Part shown: one piece after another, positions 11,064 through 21,852 of the stretch
Layout of the letters: each line of letters opens with the position of its first letter
How positions within the stretch are numbered: position 1 is the first letter of the stretch
Origin: Rebecca billardiae RCC1528
Lineage: Eukaryota > Protista > Haptophyta
Length of the DNA: 64,000 nucleotides
Assembly (NCBI GenBank): GCA_965240325.2
Contig: OZ251225.1
Location: 3,720,001-3,784,000, forward strand
Direction: 5' to 3'
Notes under the pieces: generated by a model
The model's input: the letters and a program-made list of their open reading frames with translations, nothing else
Databases searched by the model: none
Told to the model about the DNA's origin: nothing
Position numbers and translations under genes: made by a program

Positions 11064-12677
11064 TCATTCAGCTGCTGGCAGCCAACAGCCATGGAAGCTC
11101 GGCGGCACGTGCGCCGGCAGGCGCACGTGCCACCGCGGCCCGGCCGACAGAGCGCGCGCGTCGAGCACGACCAGCTCGGAGGCGTGCGCATGGCTGTCGT
11201 ACACGTACGCCAGCAACCAGCCGTCGTCCTCCGTGGCCGGGTCGGGCGGCGCCGTGGGGTCCTCTGGCGGCGGCGCGCGTGGCACAAAGACAGCCTCTCC
11301 GCAGTACCGTCCCTCGCCCGGGCTGTAGCGCTCGACCGTCGCGCCGTCGGCGGTAAGGTCGACCTTCTCGATGTCCTGCAGGCAGCCGCACGTCTCGCCG
11401 AGCGCGTTGCAGTACGCGTAGCGCAGTGGCCAGCCGGTGAAGCGCTCGTTAGCGCACGGCAGCTCCGTCGCGCGGCCGCCCGCCTCCAGCCTCGCGCTCT
11501 CCAGCACGCGGCCGCCGCCCGGCGCGCGCGTGTCCACGCGCACGCGCCACAGCGAGCACTCGAGCTCGGGTGTGAACCAGGCGGAGTACATGTCGGCCAG
11601 CGCCGTCTCCACGTCGACGCGCGCCGAGTTGTGCGCCTCGATGATCAGCGTGGTGCTGCCGTCCGGCTCCTCCCACGCGCCCACGTGGTGGTAGCACGAG
11701 AGCGGCTGCGGCAGCCGCACCGCCGCCACCGGCTGCAGGGTGCGCTTGTCAAAGAGCTCGAGCACGGAGGGCGCGCCCTCGCTCCACTCGAAGAGCGCGG
11801 GCGTGCCGAGCATCGAGCGCATCACGTTGGCCGGCGTGAGTTCGAACGGCGTGCGCGTGAGCACCACGTGCGAGCGCGTGATCGACAGGTCGTGGTAGAG
11901 GGGCATCGTGCGCAGCGCATGCGCGGCGCTCGCGACGCTGCCGTCGGGCTCACAGCGCAAGAGGTGCAGCGCGAGGCTCACGCCGTAGTCCAGGCCGAAA
12001 TTGTACACGCAGCCGTCCACCGGGTCGCGCTTGCAGTGCGCCGAGAACGTCGTCGGCGGCAGCCCAGGCAGCGCCGACTTGAGCGCGCCGCCGCCGTTCC
12101 ACTCACGGCCGGTCGTGGCCAGCGTGCGCGCGTCGAGCTCGATCGGAGTGCCGCCCTCGCACAGCGCATGCAGCCGGCCTTCGGGCGGCAGCGGCTGGAC
12201 GTTGGTGTTGGCCGGGTTGGTGGGGAGTCGCATCGCGTTATCGAGCATCCCGCCGTCGCCGCGCAGCGTCCACGCGCCCCGCGCCGCCATGCGCCCCGCG
12301 GCCTCGCCGCCCGCCGCCTCCTGCGCGAGGAAGCGCGGCGTGCGGACGTACCGCGCGGACGAGCGCGCGACGCGCGAGCCGTCGAGCTCGAGGCGGGAGA
12401 CGAGGCCGTCTCCGTCGAACCAGTGCGCGTAGCGCGCCTCGCCCACGCGGATCCGCCCCGCGCCGTTCCGGTAGAGCACGCCGCGCAGCTCGGGCGGCAG
12501 GGCACCCTCGCCCTCGACCGCGCACTCGACTCGGTCCCACTCGGAGGCGGGCTCGAAAGAGCGGCGCCAGGGCGCCTCCGCGAGGCGCGAGGCCACCCAC
12601 TGCGGCGGCGGCGCCGTGGGCGAGCGCGAGACCACGCCAATCGCGGTTAGCACGAGGCTCGTAGCCGCAGTGCTCAT
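11064..12677 (-). CDS. Carotenoid cleavage dioxygenase (RPE65/CCD family)
   Basis: EGALPPELRGVLYRNG, HWFDGDG, NPANTNV, FSAH, YHD, HHVGAWE, GEAVFVPR, EDDGWLL, FHGCW (four Fe-ligating His positions); start at MSTAATS. Confidence 0.92.
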   Translation of the reverse strand: MSTAATSLVLTAIGVVSRSPTAPPPQWVASRLAEAPWRRSFEPASEWDRVECAVEGEGALPPELRGVLYRNGAGRIRVGEARYAHWFDGDGLVSRLELDGSRVARSSARYVRTPRFLAQEAAGGEAAGRMAARGAWTLRGDGGMLDNAMRLPTNPANTNVQPLPPEGRLHALCEGGTPIELDARTLATTGREWNGGGALKSALPGLPPTTFSAHCKRDPVDGCVYNFGLDYGVSLALHLLRCEPDGSVASAAHALRTMPLYHDLSITRSHVVLTRTPFELTPANVMRSMLGTPALFEWSEGAPSVLELFDKRTLQPVAAVRLPQPLSCYHHVGAWEEPDGSTTLIIEAHNSARVDVETALADMYSAWFTPELECSLWRVRVDTRAPGGGRVLESARLEAGGRATELPCANERFTGWPLRYAYCNALGETCGCLQDIEKVDLTADGATVERYSPGEGRYCGEAVFVPRAPPPEDPTAPPDPATEDDGWLLAYVYDSHAHASELVVLDARALSAGPRWHVRLPAHVPPSFHGCWLPAAE

Positions 12678-12974
12678 CTCGGACGGTGCCGCGGTCACGT
12701 AGATATCTACTACTCTACTACTGAGTATTGTAGCAGTACTACTATGCCAGTAGTATTGTATCAAGCCCGCCTTGATTGTATCTTGGGCGTCGTGGACCAG
12801 TAACTTTACGGTACGGTACACCTGAACCTGAATCAGTCGATCGAATCTCAGACGAGGGTGTCTAGTTACTGTATTCACTACAGTAACAGTAGCTATGGTA
12901 CTGACGGGCTGATGACTCCGACTGACGCCCGCAGTGTGACGGCCGGTCTTAGTTTCGTCATTATCCGAGCGCCA

Positions 12975-14522
12975 TCATCGCCTGCGATGCCTGCCCGGGC
13001 CGGCTGTGGCGTCGGGCGTCACCAGGCTCAGAAGCGTGCTGTCCTCGCAAATCATCCCGCCCGAGGCGTGAGCGATGGCGGACGAGTCAGGCGCGTCGTC
13101 GTTCGCGGCGCCTGACCGCACAGGCACCTCGACCGTGCGACGCTCCAGCTCGCGGAGCACCGGCACTCGGTAATCGCCGAGCTTGGCAAGCGCAGCGTCG
13201 TTCATCTTGTGCATCTGCACGTCTCTGGGTCTCACCGCTTTGGACCCGTTGGGCCAAAGTTGGCCGAACTCCTTCTTGATCGCCAAATAGAATTCGGCCT
13301 TTGTCGTGTACCCGCTCCCGTGCACAAACGCAGGCGTCGTGCGTCCCGGCAGGCGCACCTTCGAGGCTCGGCGCGCGGCCGGACCTGCAGCGTACTGGCC
13401 GAGTGAGTACGGCATGGCCGAGCGCGTCACTCTCGCCGGCGAGAACTGGACGCTCTCGGGGCGTACCTTCAAGTACCTCATCGGCACGTAGGAGATGTAG
13501 GGGCGGCAGCGGTGCAAGGCAAGGTGCTCTGCGGACGAAATGGCGTTGCCCCGCTTGTCGCACGGGAAGAGGTTGAGGAACAGCTGGGAGTGCTCATCCA
13601 GCGAGGCTGGCGGGAGCGCGGGCGGCCCGATGCTGCTATCCGCCGCACGCGCTAGCATCAGCCCACCATGAACGCTCAGCGTGAAGTCCTGCCTCCGCGC
13701 CCCGTCCAGCCCGAGATAGACCGCAGACATGAGGCCCTGCTCTGTGAGCCGCAGCACAGCCTCTGTGAGGTTGCCCACCACAGTGTGCGGCTTCCTCGTG
13801 AGCTGCAGGCTGGCCGGCTGGTCAACCACGCCCGGGGTGATGTGCGCGGCGCGCCCCGTCTGGTGCAGCCCGTACACGTACGTCCCAAGCCTCCCCATCG
13901 CCCCCGCGTGCCCGGCGTACATGCCCGCGTTGCGGTAGCACGTGGCCGAGCTCTGCGTGCACCGCCAGAACGCGTCGCGCGTCACTCGGCCGATCGGGTC
14001 GGAGCTGTTTGAGCCGTACAAAGGGCACAGGATGGATGGGTAGCTGTTGCACTCGGCGCTGAACACCACCTGCCCGTGCTCCGCAGGGCGGCTCCCGCCC
14101 ATGGGCGTGAGTAGTGCCCGCAGTGCCCGCGCAGCCGTGGGCACACCCGCGGCGACAAACGCGTCTGTACCGTCGACGAGGACGAGCGGCTGCGCGGCAT
14201 GGAAGAAGGTGGGTGCCGCGATACCCATCAGGCGCTGCTTCGTCCGCGTCGTGCCCAGCCACGTCGATCCTTTGCCGATGAGGATGAATGGCATCCGATG
14301 CGCTGCGGCGGTGAGTCCCAGCGGCCACACCCTTTTAGTGGGCACGTTGGTGAGGACCGTCGCGAGCATGAAAGGCGGCACGTCTAGGGCGTCGGGCTGG
14401 TCCTTCCAGCGACGCAGGTCCGCGCAGCTGATGCCCGTGCTATTTCTGCCCGACGACGACGACCATCCCAACAACGCCAGCACGCACGCGAGCGCCATGG
14501 CATCGCTGGGCAGTGTGCTCAT
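12975..14522 (-). CDS. Secreted/type II PLOD-type glycosyltransferase-like protein
   Basis: Signal/TM ALACVLALLGW; LVLVDGTDAF, VVFSAECNSYP, YRNAGMYAG, FVHGSG resemble the PLOD N-terminal GT domain; start may be 14498. Confidence 0.6.
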   Translation of the reverse strand: MSTLPSDAMALACVLALLGWSSSSGRNSTGISCADLRRWKDQPDALDVPPFMLATVLTNVPTKRVWPLGLTAAAHRMPFILIGKGSTWLGTTRTKQRLMGIAAPTFFHAAQPLVLVDGTDAFVAAGVPTAARALRALLTPMGGSRPAEHGQVVFSAECNSYPSILCPLYGSNSSDPIGRVTRDAFWRCTQSSATCYRNAGMYAGHAGAMGRLGTYVYGLHQTGRAAHITPGVVDQPASLQLTRKPHTVVGNLTEAVLRLTEQGLMSAVYLGLDGARRQDFTLSVHGGLMLARAADSSIGPPALPPASLDEHSQLFLNLFPCDKRGNAISSAEHLALHRCRPYISYVPMRYLKVRPESVQFSPARVTRSAMPYSLGQYAAGPAARRASKVRLPGRTTPAFVHGSGYTTKAEFYLAIKKEFGQLWPNGSKAVRPRDVQMHKMNDAALAKLGDYRVPVLRELERRTVEVPVRSGAANDDAPDSSAIAHASGGMICEDSTLLSLVTPDATAGPGRHRRR

Positions 14523-14574
14523 CAGAATCTGAAATCCATCGCAGAATCAGCCAATCAGCCGGCTGCGGTACCCC

Positions 14575-14632
14575 GTACAGTTTACTAAGAATAAGAGACG
14601 CACACAGCTCAGGCAGGCGAGATTGACGCCCG
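14575..14632 (+). repeat. Dispersed ~55-bp element, copy B, with flanking direct repeat CGGTACCCC
   Basis: Identical to copy A; CGGTACCCC at 14566-14574 and 14631-14639. Confidence 0.9.
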
Positions 14633-15059
14633 GTACCCCCCATCCCCCATACTGTACAGTTTATTTGTTTCGGTGGCAGGTTGCCGCGCTCTCCGAAGAG
14701 AGACCTGGAAACTGGTTAGTGGTTTGAACCCATGTACTACCAGATTGGGATGATGCGCACACCTCTGTCCTCTCAACCACCGTCGCGCATGATGCGGTGT
14801 GCGCGGTCCGCGGACGACCTCTAGACAGTCTACGTACCGCTACTGTTTATTAGTGTTTATTGCTGGCAGATGACCCTGCTGGCAAGGCAGCCGCGGCACG
14901 GCTGACGGACGGTCATCACTCATCGACATCAGTGATCGTCTGCGGTCTGTCTAGCTACACTAAACAGTATCGTCGTGCCTGATGATATGTATAATAGTCA
15001 TCGTCTCAGTGGCGGCTAGACTACAGCGACTGAGCCCGCCGACGCTAGAGCGGCCGGCA

Positions 15060-17762
15060 TTATTCCGCGGCGGCAGCAGTCGCAGGCGACGAATCGCGAA
15101 ACGCGCCCTCAGCCGCGTCGAGCGCGAGCGCAAAGCGCGCTCCGTCGAGGGACACGGTGCAGCCGCGGCTGTACTTGTAGCTCACGTCGGGGCACGGCAC
15201 CGACGGCGCGCTCCGTCGCACGGCGAAAGCCGACAGCGATCCGACGTACCGCAGGCCGATGGCGCGCGCGAGCTCGAGATTGCCAGCATCCCCCAGCGGC
15301 GGGAGCGGGGCGCGCTCGGAGTGTGCGCCTGCCGTGCCGGCCGTGCCCGTATCGGCGGTGGCTGCAGCCCGGTGCTCGGCCGCGCTGGGCGTGACCGGGG
15401 ACGCCCCTGCGCCCTCCGGCCTGAGCGGAGCCACCTCGATCAGCAGCGCGTCTGCGCGCAGGAAGACGGCGTTGCCACCGACCGCGGCGCCGTGATGCAG
15501 CACAGCGACGCGCGCGCGCGCAAAGAGGCGCACCTGCTCGCAGAAGGACGCTGCCTGCAGCGACCTCACCTGCACCGCGAGCCCCGCGCCGAAGCTGCGC
15601 GCTGCGACGGAGGCGACGATCTGCGCGGGGGCGTCGGTCCACTCGCGCGTGCCGCCGCCGTGCACCTCGACGAGCAGCGAGTCCGGCCGAGCGGACGGGT
15701 CGACGGCGCAGTGCGAGTACGCGCGCGCTCGGTAGTAGGCAGCGTCGTCGCGCTCGGCGGGCCAGCGGATCACCTTCTGCAGCACGCGCTCGAACCACAC
15801 GGCGGATGCGCCGTGCTGTGCCGCGAGCGTGCGCAGCTGGTCGAGCGAGAACACGACGCGGGCGCCGCGCGCGCTCGCGTTCACCCCGAGCAGCGCGTCG
15901 AGCGCCTCGCGCCTGTACTCGCTCAGCCGCACGCGCTGTCGCGTGTCCGTCACGACGACGAGTGGCAGCTGCCCTTGCTCGGACGGAGGGCGCGTGCGCA
16001 GCACGCGCGCGAGGAGGAGCGTGTCGCGCGCCGCGTGCGCGATGTTCTCGTTCCCGTGCAGATCGGAGAGCAGCAGCGTGCTGCCCCGCACGCACAGCGT
16101 CGAGGTGGCAGCAGGCGTGCCGAGCGACTCGCCCGCCTTGTGCGCGGAGAGCATCACCGCCTTAAACTTGTACGCGCGGAGCCGCGCGCTCTCAGTGCGC
16201 GCCGTGCTGGTGGGGACGACGACGCCCTCGGGCTGCTGCGCGGAGAAGTGGCGGCGCACGCCGTCGAACCGAATGCCCTCCGCGCGCATGCGCGCCCAGT
16301 TGAGCCCTCCGCCGCCGGGCGGACGGAACAGCCTGAGCGCGCGCGCCGAGAAGATGACAGAGTCTGTACTGAACGCAAAGAGCTCGGGCACGAGGGCGCT
16401 GCGGGCGGGCGGCCACGCCTTGAGCGCGCACTGCGCGGGTGGCACGAGCGCCGCGCGCAGGAGTGGCGTGGGTATGGGCGACGGGGGCGGTCGCGCCGGC
16501 TGGGGCAGCCGCGGCTCCACACCGCCCTCCGCAGCTCCGCCCAGCTCCGCCCACCAGTCGAGCGCCCACTGCCGCGTCGCGCGCACCACGGCGCGGTGGT
16601 TGCTGCTCTTTTCGTGGAGCCGCTGCTCCGACTCCGGGGCCTTCCGGCGCTTGCGCAAGGGCATGGGCGAGGCGTGCACGGCGAGTGGCGGCGTGGCAAG
16701 AAACGCCCGCCACGCGGTGTCGCGTGGGTTCTGACGCGGCTGCCCGCGCTGCGAGAGCGCCCTGCACGTCAGCGAAGCGGCCGCGCGCGCTGCGTCGATG
16801 CCGCCCCGCTCAGCAATCCGCTGGCGCACCTCGGCGCCGGAGACGGGGGTGCCGTACAGGTCGGGCCGCGCGAGGCACATGTCGGCGATGAAGGAGAAGC
16901 CCAGCGGCCATGCCGAGCCGTTGTCGCACCGCTCGGGCACGAGCCTCCAGCACGCCCGCGTCTCCGCCAGTCTGAACGTCTCCGCGCCCGCGTCTGGCCA
17001 CCAGCGCAGCCGCGCGCGCACGCCCGCGGCGGAGAGGACGTAGGCACCGGCGCCGATCGCCAGCGTGGACGGCGGGCACCCGCCTGGGCGGCACGTGCGA
17101 TCCATCTTCTCGGCGGGCACCGCCGCGCCCATCCCCGACCCGCTCCACCGCCGCCGCTGCGCTTGGCGCGCGCCCTTCACCAAGATCTGCTGCAGCTGGA
17201 AGTACGACCACCCAGCCGGCAGCCGGCGGGCGGTCTCGGCCAGGCTGCTGTTCACGAGCCCAGGATGCACAGCGCGCGCGCGCGCGCGCGCGCGCAGCCG
17301 GGCGATCGCGCCGAGCTCGACGTCGTCCTCGAGGATGAGCACAGTCGGCGCCGAGTCCGCCGCCGCGCCGCGGCGCGCGAGCGTGCGCGCGGCCGCGTGC
17401 GTGGCCTTGAGGTGTGAGAGAGCGATGGCTGCCTCGGTGAGACCCTGCGGTGTGGCCTGGCCCCGCGGTGTGCCGAGTGCGGTGAAGTTGAAGCCCGCCG
17501 CGCCAATGTCTGCCATCGTGAGGGCCGACACGCGGTACAGGCAAGTGCCCTGCGCCAGGAGCACACAGATGTCCACCCGGAGCGCGTCTGCGGCCTCGCG
17601 CGCGCCGTCGAGGTTGATCACAAAGACCGCGTCCACGTCCACAAATGCGTGGGTCGACTGGCCGCAGCACAGGCGCTCAGCGAGATCGCGGGCGCCGACG
17701 TCGGCCGTGGCACGCGCGCCGAGCACTGTGAGCAAGGCTGCGGCGACCACGATGTTCACCAT
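15060..17762 (-). CDS. Two-domain glycosyltransferase (GT25-like + GT61-like)
   Basis: Signal peptide MVNIVVAAALLTVLG; GT25-like VFVINLD, IALSHLKA, VLILEDDV, GAGAYVLS; GT61-like SFCEQVRLFARARVAVLHHGAA..NAVFL...LIEV. Confidence 0.7.
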   Translation of the reverse strand: MVNIVVAAALLTVLGARATADVGARDLAERLCCGQSTHAFVDVDAVFVINLDGAREAADALRVDICVLLAQGTCLYRVSALTMADIGAAGFNFTALGTPRGQATPQGLTEAAIALSHLKATHAAARTLARRGAAADSAPTVLILEDDVELGAIARLRARARARAVHPGLVNSSLAETARRLPAGWSYFQLQQILVKGARQAQRRRWSGSGMGAAVPAEKMDRTCRPGGCPPSTLAIGAGAYVLSAAGVRARLRWWPDAGAETFRLAETRACWRLVPERCDNGSAWPLGFSFIADMCLARPDLYGTPVSGAEVRQRIAERGGIDAARAAASLTCRALSQRGQPRQNPRDTAWRAFLATPPLAVHASPMPLRKRRKAPESEQRLHEKSSNHRAVVRATRQWALDWWAELGGAAEGGVEPRLPQPARPPPSPIPTPLLRAALVPPAQCALKAWPPARSALVPELFAFSTDSVIFSARALRLFRPPGGGGLNWARMRAEGIRFDGVRRHFSAQQPEGVVVPTSTARTESARLRAYKFKAVMLSAHKAGESLGTPAATSTLCVRGSTLLLSDLHGNENIAHAARDTLLLARVLRTRPPSEQGQLPLVVVTDTRQRVRLSEYRREALDALLGVNASARGARVVFSLDQLRTLAAQHGASAVWFERVLQKVIRWPAERDDAAYYRARAYSHCAVDPSARPDSLLVEVHGGGTREWTDAPAQIVASVAARSFGAGLAVQVRSLQAASFCEQVRLFARARVAVLHHGAAVGGNAVFLRADALLIEVAPLRPEGAGASPVTPSAAEHRAAATADTGTAGTAGAHSERAPLPPLGDAGNLELARAIGLRYVGSLSAFAVRRSAPSVPCPDVSYKYSRGCTVSLDGARFALALDAAEGAFRDSSPATAAAAE

Positions 17763-17868
17763 GCTGATCCGATCGATCCGCGCATCGCGGGCAGCCGGGC
17801 GGGGAAAGATGGCGGCGGCGCTTGGCCGGACGCCCACCCGCCCCGGCCGGGAGGGCGCTTCATCTGGC

Positions 17869-18864
17869 ATGTGTGAGCCTGTTGAGTCGGTGGCGGCGGC
17901 GCTGCGTGCACTCGGCACACCGGCATTACGCGTGACCGCCGCTTACGTGGGCAACCTCCTCGGCGAGCGCCGCAGCCAGTGCTCGCGCATCCGCACGTCA
18001 AACAAGGCGTTCCGCTCTCTCGGCTCGGACGGCGAGCTGCTGCTCAGCGCTGCCGGCTTCGAGCGCGATGAGAGTGGCGCCGAGCTGCGCCTCTCAGCGA
18101 CGCCGCCGCCGGACACGGCGATCGGCGAGCTGCACGCCGCGCTCGCCGCCGAGCTCGCCGCTCGCGCCTTCCCTTTCGACCGGCTCCCGCCTGACGTGCT
18201 CGCGCGCATCCTACGCCCACTGAGCGTGCGCGAGCTGTGCGCGTGGCGGCAGAGCGCGCGAGCACACGCGGCACAGGTGCACGAGCTGGACCTGTTCGCG
18301 CGCGTGTGCGCGCCCCTCGATGTCGCTCTCAACCGCGCGCGCATGGACGTGGCGCCCGGTGCCGGCGATGGAGGCGGCTGGCCTGACTGGCAGCGCCTGT
18401 GGGCGTGTGCGTGCGCGTGGCGACATTTGCGCGCGCGCGCCTCTCGGCCTCTCCTCGCCTCACTGCGCCCGGGCCTCGAGCCTGGGGATGCGCTGCGCGT
18501 CTGGGCGCGCGCGCGCGCGCCCGACACCGCAGACGGCGGCGCGCGCGGCCCCGCGCCCCCCGCCGACGTGCTCGCCTCGCTGCTGTGGCACGACGGGCAG
18601 GAGGCGGAGGGCGCGCTGTGTGGCTCACTCGTCGGCCAGGGGCTGCGGCTGCTGTCGCTGGACGAGATGTGTGCGCCGCGCGGAGTGGCGGGCACCGCAG
18701 CAGCCGCGCGTGGGCTGCTTCCGCTCACCACGCTGGATGGCATGCACCAGCTCGCCGCGGACCCGGCCGACGGCTCTGTGTGGCTGTGCGCCGGCTTTGA
18801 GGCGACGTACAAGGCGAGCTCATGGCTCGAGCTGCTGCATAGGCTGGCTGTGGACACAGTTTGA
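17869..18864 (+). CDS. PUB domain + F-box + SMI1/KNR4-like protein
   Basis: PUB-like VGNLL..RIRTSNKAF..LLLSAAGF; F-box FDRLPPDVLARILRPLSVRELCAWRQ; SMI1-like LRPG...PADVLASLLWHDGQ...LRLLSLDE. Confidence 0.7.
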   Translation: MCEPVESVAAALRALGTPALRVTAAYVGNLLGERRSQCSRIRTSNKAFRSLGSDGELLLSAAGFERDESGAELRLSATPPPDTAIGELHAALAAELAARAFPFDRLPPDVLARILRPLSVRELCAWRQSARAHAAQVHELDLFARVCAPLDVALNRARMDVAPGAGDGGGWPDWQRLWACACAWRHLRARASRPLLASLRPGLEPGDALRVWARARAPDTADGGARGPAPPADVLASLLWHDGQEAEGALCGSLVGQGLRLLSLDEMCAPRGVAGTAAAARGLLPLTTLDGMHQLAADPADGSVWLCAGFEATYKASSWLELLHRLAVDTV

Positions 18865-19821
18865 CCACTGTGTTTGTGACGAGGCCCGCGTGACATACAG
18901 CGCATACTACATGCATGATGCGCGCCGACGATGGTGTCTGCTGATGCATGTGACGCCAGCACTTGCTGAGCAGTCCCTGATGACCGGCCGACTGCTGTCT
19001 GCTCCGCGGCTCCGCCGCTCCGCGGTCATCTGCTCATCACGCGGATCGCACGCCCACTACGGGCACGGGCACACGGGGCACAGCGCCCGCAGCGTCAGTG
19101 CCGCACTCGTGACAACGCCGCGTCACAGCGCGGGCCTGCGCACGAGGCCATTCTAGTCAGAATAAGACGTTATACTCATCACGCTGCAGCACGACTCGGA
19201 CCGTACCGCGTACGCCGTTTATAAGATTCGGTTATCGGTACGGACTGCTGAGTCGCCTGAGACCGGCCGCGGCGGCGCGACGCCGACAGGGGCGGAATCG
19301 CCGGACGAATCGGACTGCTGCTACTCGGAGCCGGAGGTGCCCGGCTCAAGTAGTGCTTCACTTGCCGAGCAGCTGAGCCGACCACGGCTACTAGTAGTTG
19401 CTTTAATATTGACACCGACACCTCGGGCGGTGCGGACTGCGCGGTGACAACCGCCGCGAATTCGTTCACGGATCGGGCGACGGATTTCACGGCGGCATAT
19501 ATGATTATATCGCGAGCGCCGGCAAGTGCCCGATTGCGGGCCGCACTTGGCGTCCAACATTGATGCGCCATGACGATGCGGACGATGAATTCAGGATATG
19601 CATGCTGTCGTCGGATATGTACGTTATTGTACGTAGTTCGTCGTTAGCTATAGTACTAGTCTCAGTAGTAGTAGTAGTTGAAAAAGTGCACGACGCGATG
19701 CTCCTTGGGTCGTAGCAATTACTCTGCGATGCAGCTGATGATGAGGCGCTGCATGGACATGCCATCACGCGTCCTGTAGGCTGTTTGGCGGCCTGCTCGG
19801 GTCGGGACAGTCGAGAAGCCA

Positions 19822-21852
19822 TCACTCCGAGTCCAGCTTGGCGAGCTCAGCCTTGCTGAACCAGCCCAGTCGCTCGATGAGGATGCGCACCGGCGCGAGC
19901 CCGGCGACCAGCACGGGGAAGAGCACGCCCACCCTGGGCGAGCGTTGCGCGCGGGGCAGATGGCGGCGTGAGGCACGCGCACGGGGGTGGGTCCACTCGC
20001 GCGCCGCGCGTGTGCACAGCGCGGCTGCGCGCGCGCACTTGGAGTCTTTAATGTACACCATCGCGCCGAGGCAGGCGAGCTGCAGCGCGGTGAAGAGGGC
20101 GACCTTCCGCTGCGGCACGCCGCGCGTGCACGGGAGGTCGGGCCGCCTATCCGAGCCGGCGAGCAGCGAGAGCGTGCGCTCCCACATCTCGTTCCCTTTG
20201 AGCGCCGACTGGCCGAGGTAGAGGAACAGCCCAGTGAGCACCGCCATCGGCACCTGGCGCAGCAGCGGGCGGCAGAAGACGATCGACAGCCCGATGGCGA
20301 GGTGGATGGCGAACGCGCTCACGCGCTGCTCGGTCACGCCGCTGATCACCAGCCCGTCGCCGCCGTCCGACGCGCCCTCGGCCGCGGGCTCGTAGCTCGC
20401 GAGCGCCTTGACGTGGTTGATCGAGCGCACCGTCGCCGCCACCAGCCACGGCAGCCCGAGCACCGAGCAGAACGCCGTGATCACGGCGAGCGCGGCCATG
20501 TCCAGATGGAAGCCATAGCTGCACACGCGCGAGGGGGGCGCGGGGCGGCCGGGCGGTCAAGCGGGCGTGGCGGCGGCGCGAGCGCGCTGCGAGCGTCGTC
20601 GCCGAGGCGCAACTCGACGCGGCGCGCGCGCGCACGCGCGCGCGCGCGCTCACCCTTTCTTCAGCTTCCACTGCGCGTTGTTCACCAGCCGCACGGTAAT
20701 CACCTGGTCGAAGAAGAGGAGGATGGTCGCCATGAGCGCAGGCAGGCCGCACAGCAGCCGCACGGAGAGCGGCACCTCCCACAGCGGCACGAGCCACGGC
20801 CGGCCCGACGTCGTGGCGAACTCGAGGGGCACGTTGAGCGTGCGGCCGAGCACGCCGTGCGCGCCGCCCACCCAGCGCGCCGCCCACACGCCGAGGCCGA
20901 TGCCGATCGTCGGCGCAAAGTCGGCGACCGTCTCGCGCACCCTCTTGGCAAACAGCCGGCCCTTGCGGCACGCGGCGAGCGTCGTCGCCGTGCTGAAGGT
21001 CGTCGCGGCGAGCGAGAGCGAGAGCAGCCCCTGCACGAGCGGCACGCTCTTCGCCGTGCCCAGCAGCAGCTGCCCCGAGATGTCCTTCACCGCCTCGAGC
21101 ACGAAGATGGCGGAGATGAGCAGCGAGAAGATCTCGTCGGTGAATCTCGAGATGTACTCGACAAAGTTGGAGAGCGAGAAGAGCGAGCACGCGGCGAGGA
21201 TCGCGGAGCACCAGAGCCCGACCCACGCGTACACCGGCAGGAAGGGCAACGCCATGGCCTGCGTCGTCTTGTACAGCACGGCGGTGAACGCGAGGCACGG
21301 CCCCGTCGCGCCGATGATGGTGAGCGGCTGGCCGGCGGTGAGGGCGTAGAACATGCCGCACACCGACGTGGCGCCGATCATCTCCATCGTGCCCATCGCG
21401 CCGCCCGTCGCGCCGTCGAGCAGCCCGCCGAAGGCGACGGCCGGCGCGATGCACGCAAAGAAGAGGAAGGCCGTCGCCGCGACCACCTTGAGCGACATCC
21501 CGTCGGTCACGTCCGACACCAGAAACTTGGACTTAGCGCGCACGTCGCGCAGGAGGCCCTTGAACGGCGGCTCGACGAGCGCAAGCGAGGATGCGTCCGG
21601 TGGCGGCGAGTACAGACCCTCGACGCCGCCACCCTGGGCTGGGACAGCCGCGTCAGACAGGCGCACGGCAGAGCCCGGCGCAGGCACGGAGCGCCGAGCG
21701 AGCGCCGCGCGCGAGAGCACCGGGCGTGGCAGCGAGCGATGAGGGCAGACGGTCGCACGCAGAGCGAGCGAGCTGGCTGGCATGAGCGCGAACAACAGCA
21801 CGCCGAAAATGACGGCAGGTGCGCGCCGCGCCGACCGCATGACGCTCATCAT
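19822..21852 (-). CDS. SLC4/BOR family bicarbonate/borate transporter (3 exons), probable bipartite plastid-targeting leader
   Basis: FLFFACIAPAVAFGG, AGQPLTIIGATGP, SRFTDEIFSLLIS, LFFDQ, KGYGFHLD, GLPWLVAATVRSINHV, VTEQRVS; introns 20653-20519 and 20038-19934. Confidence 0.92.

Noticed and set aside
14676-14750. tRNA/SINE B-box-like GGTTTGAACCC
   Set aside because: No cloverleaf or A-box could be built around it
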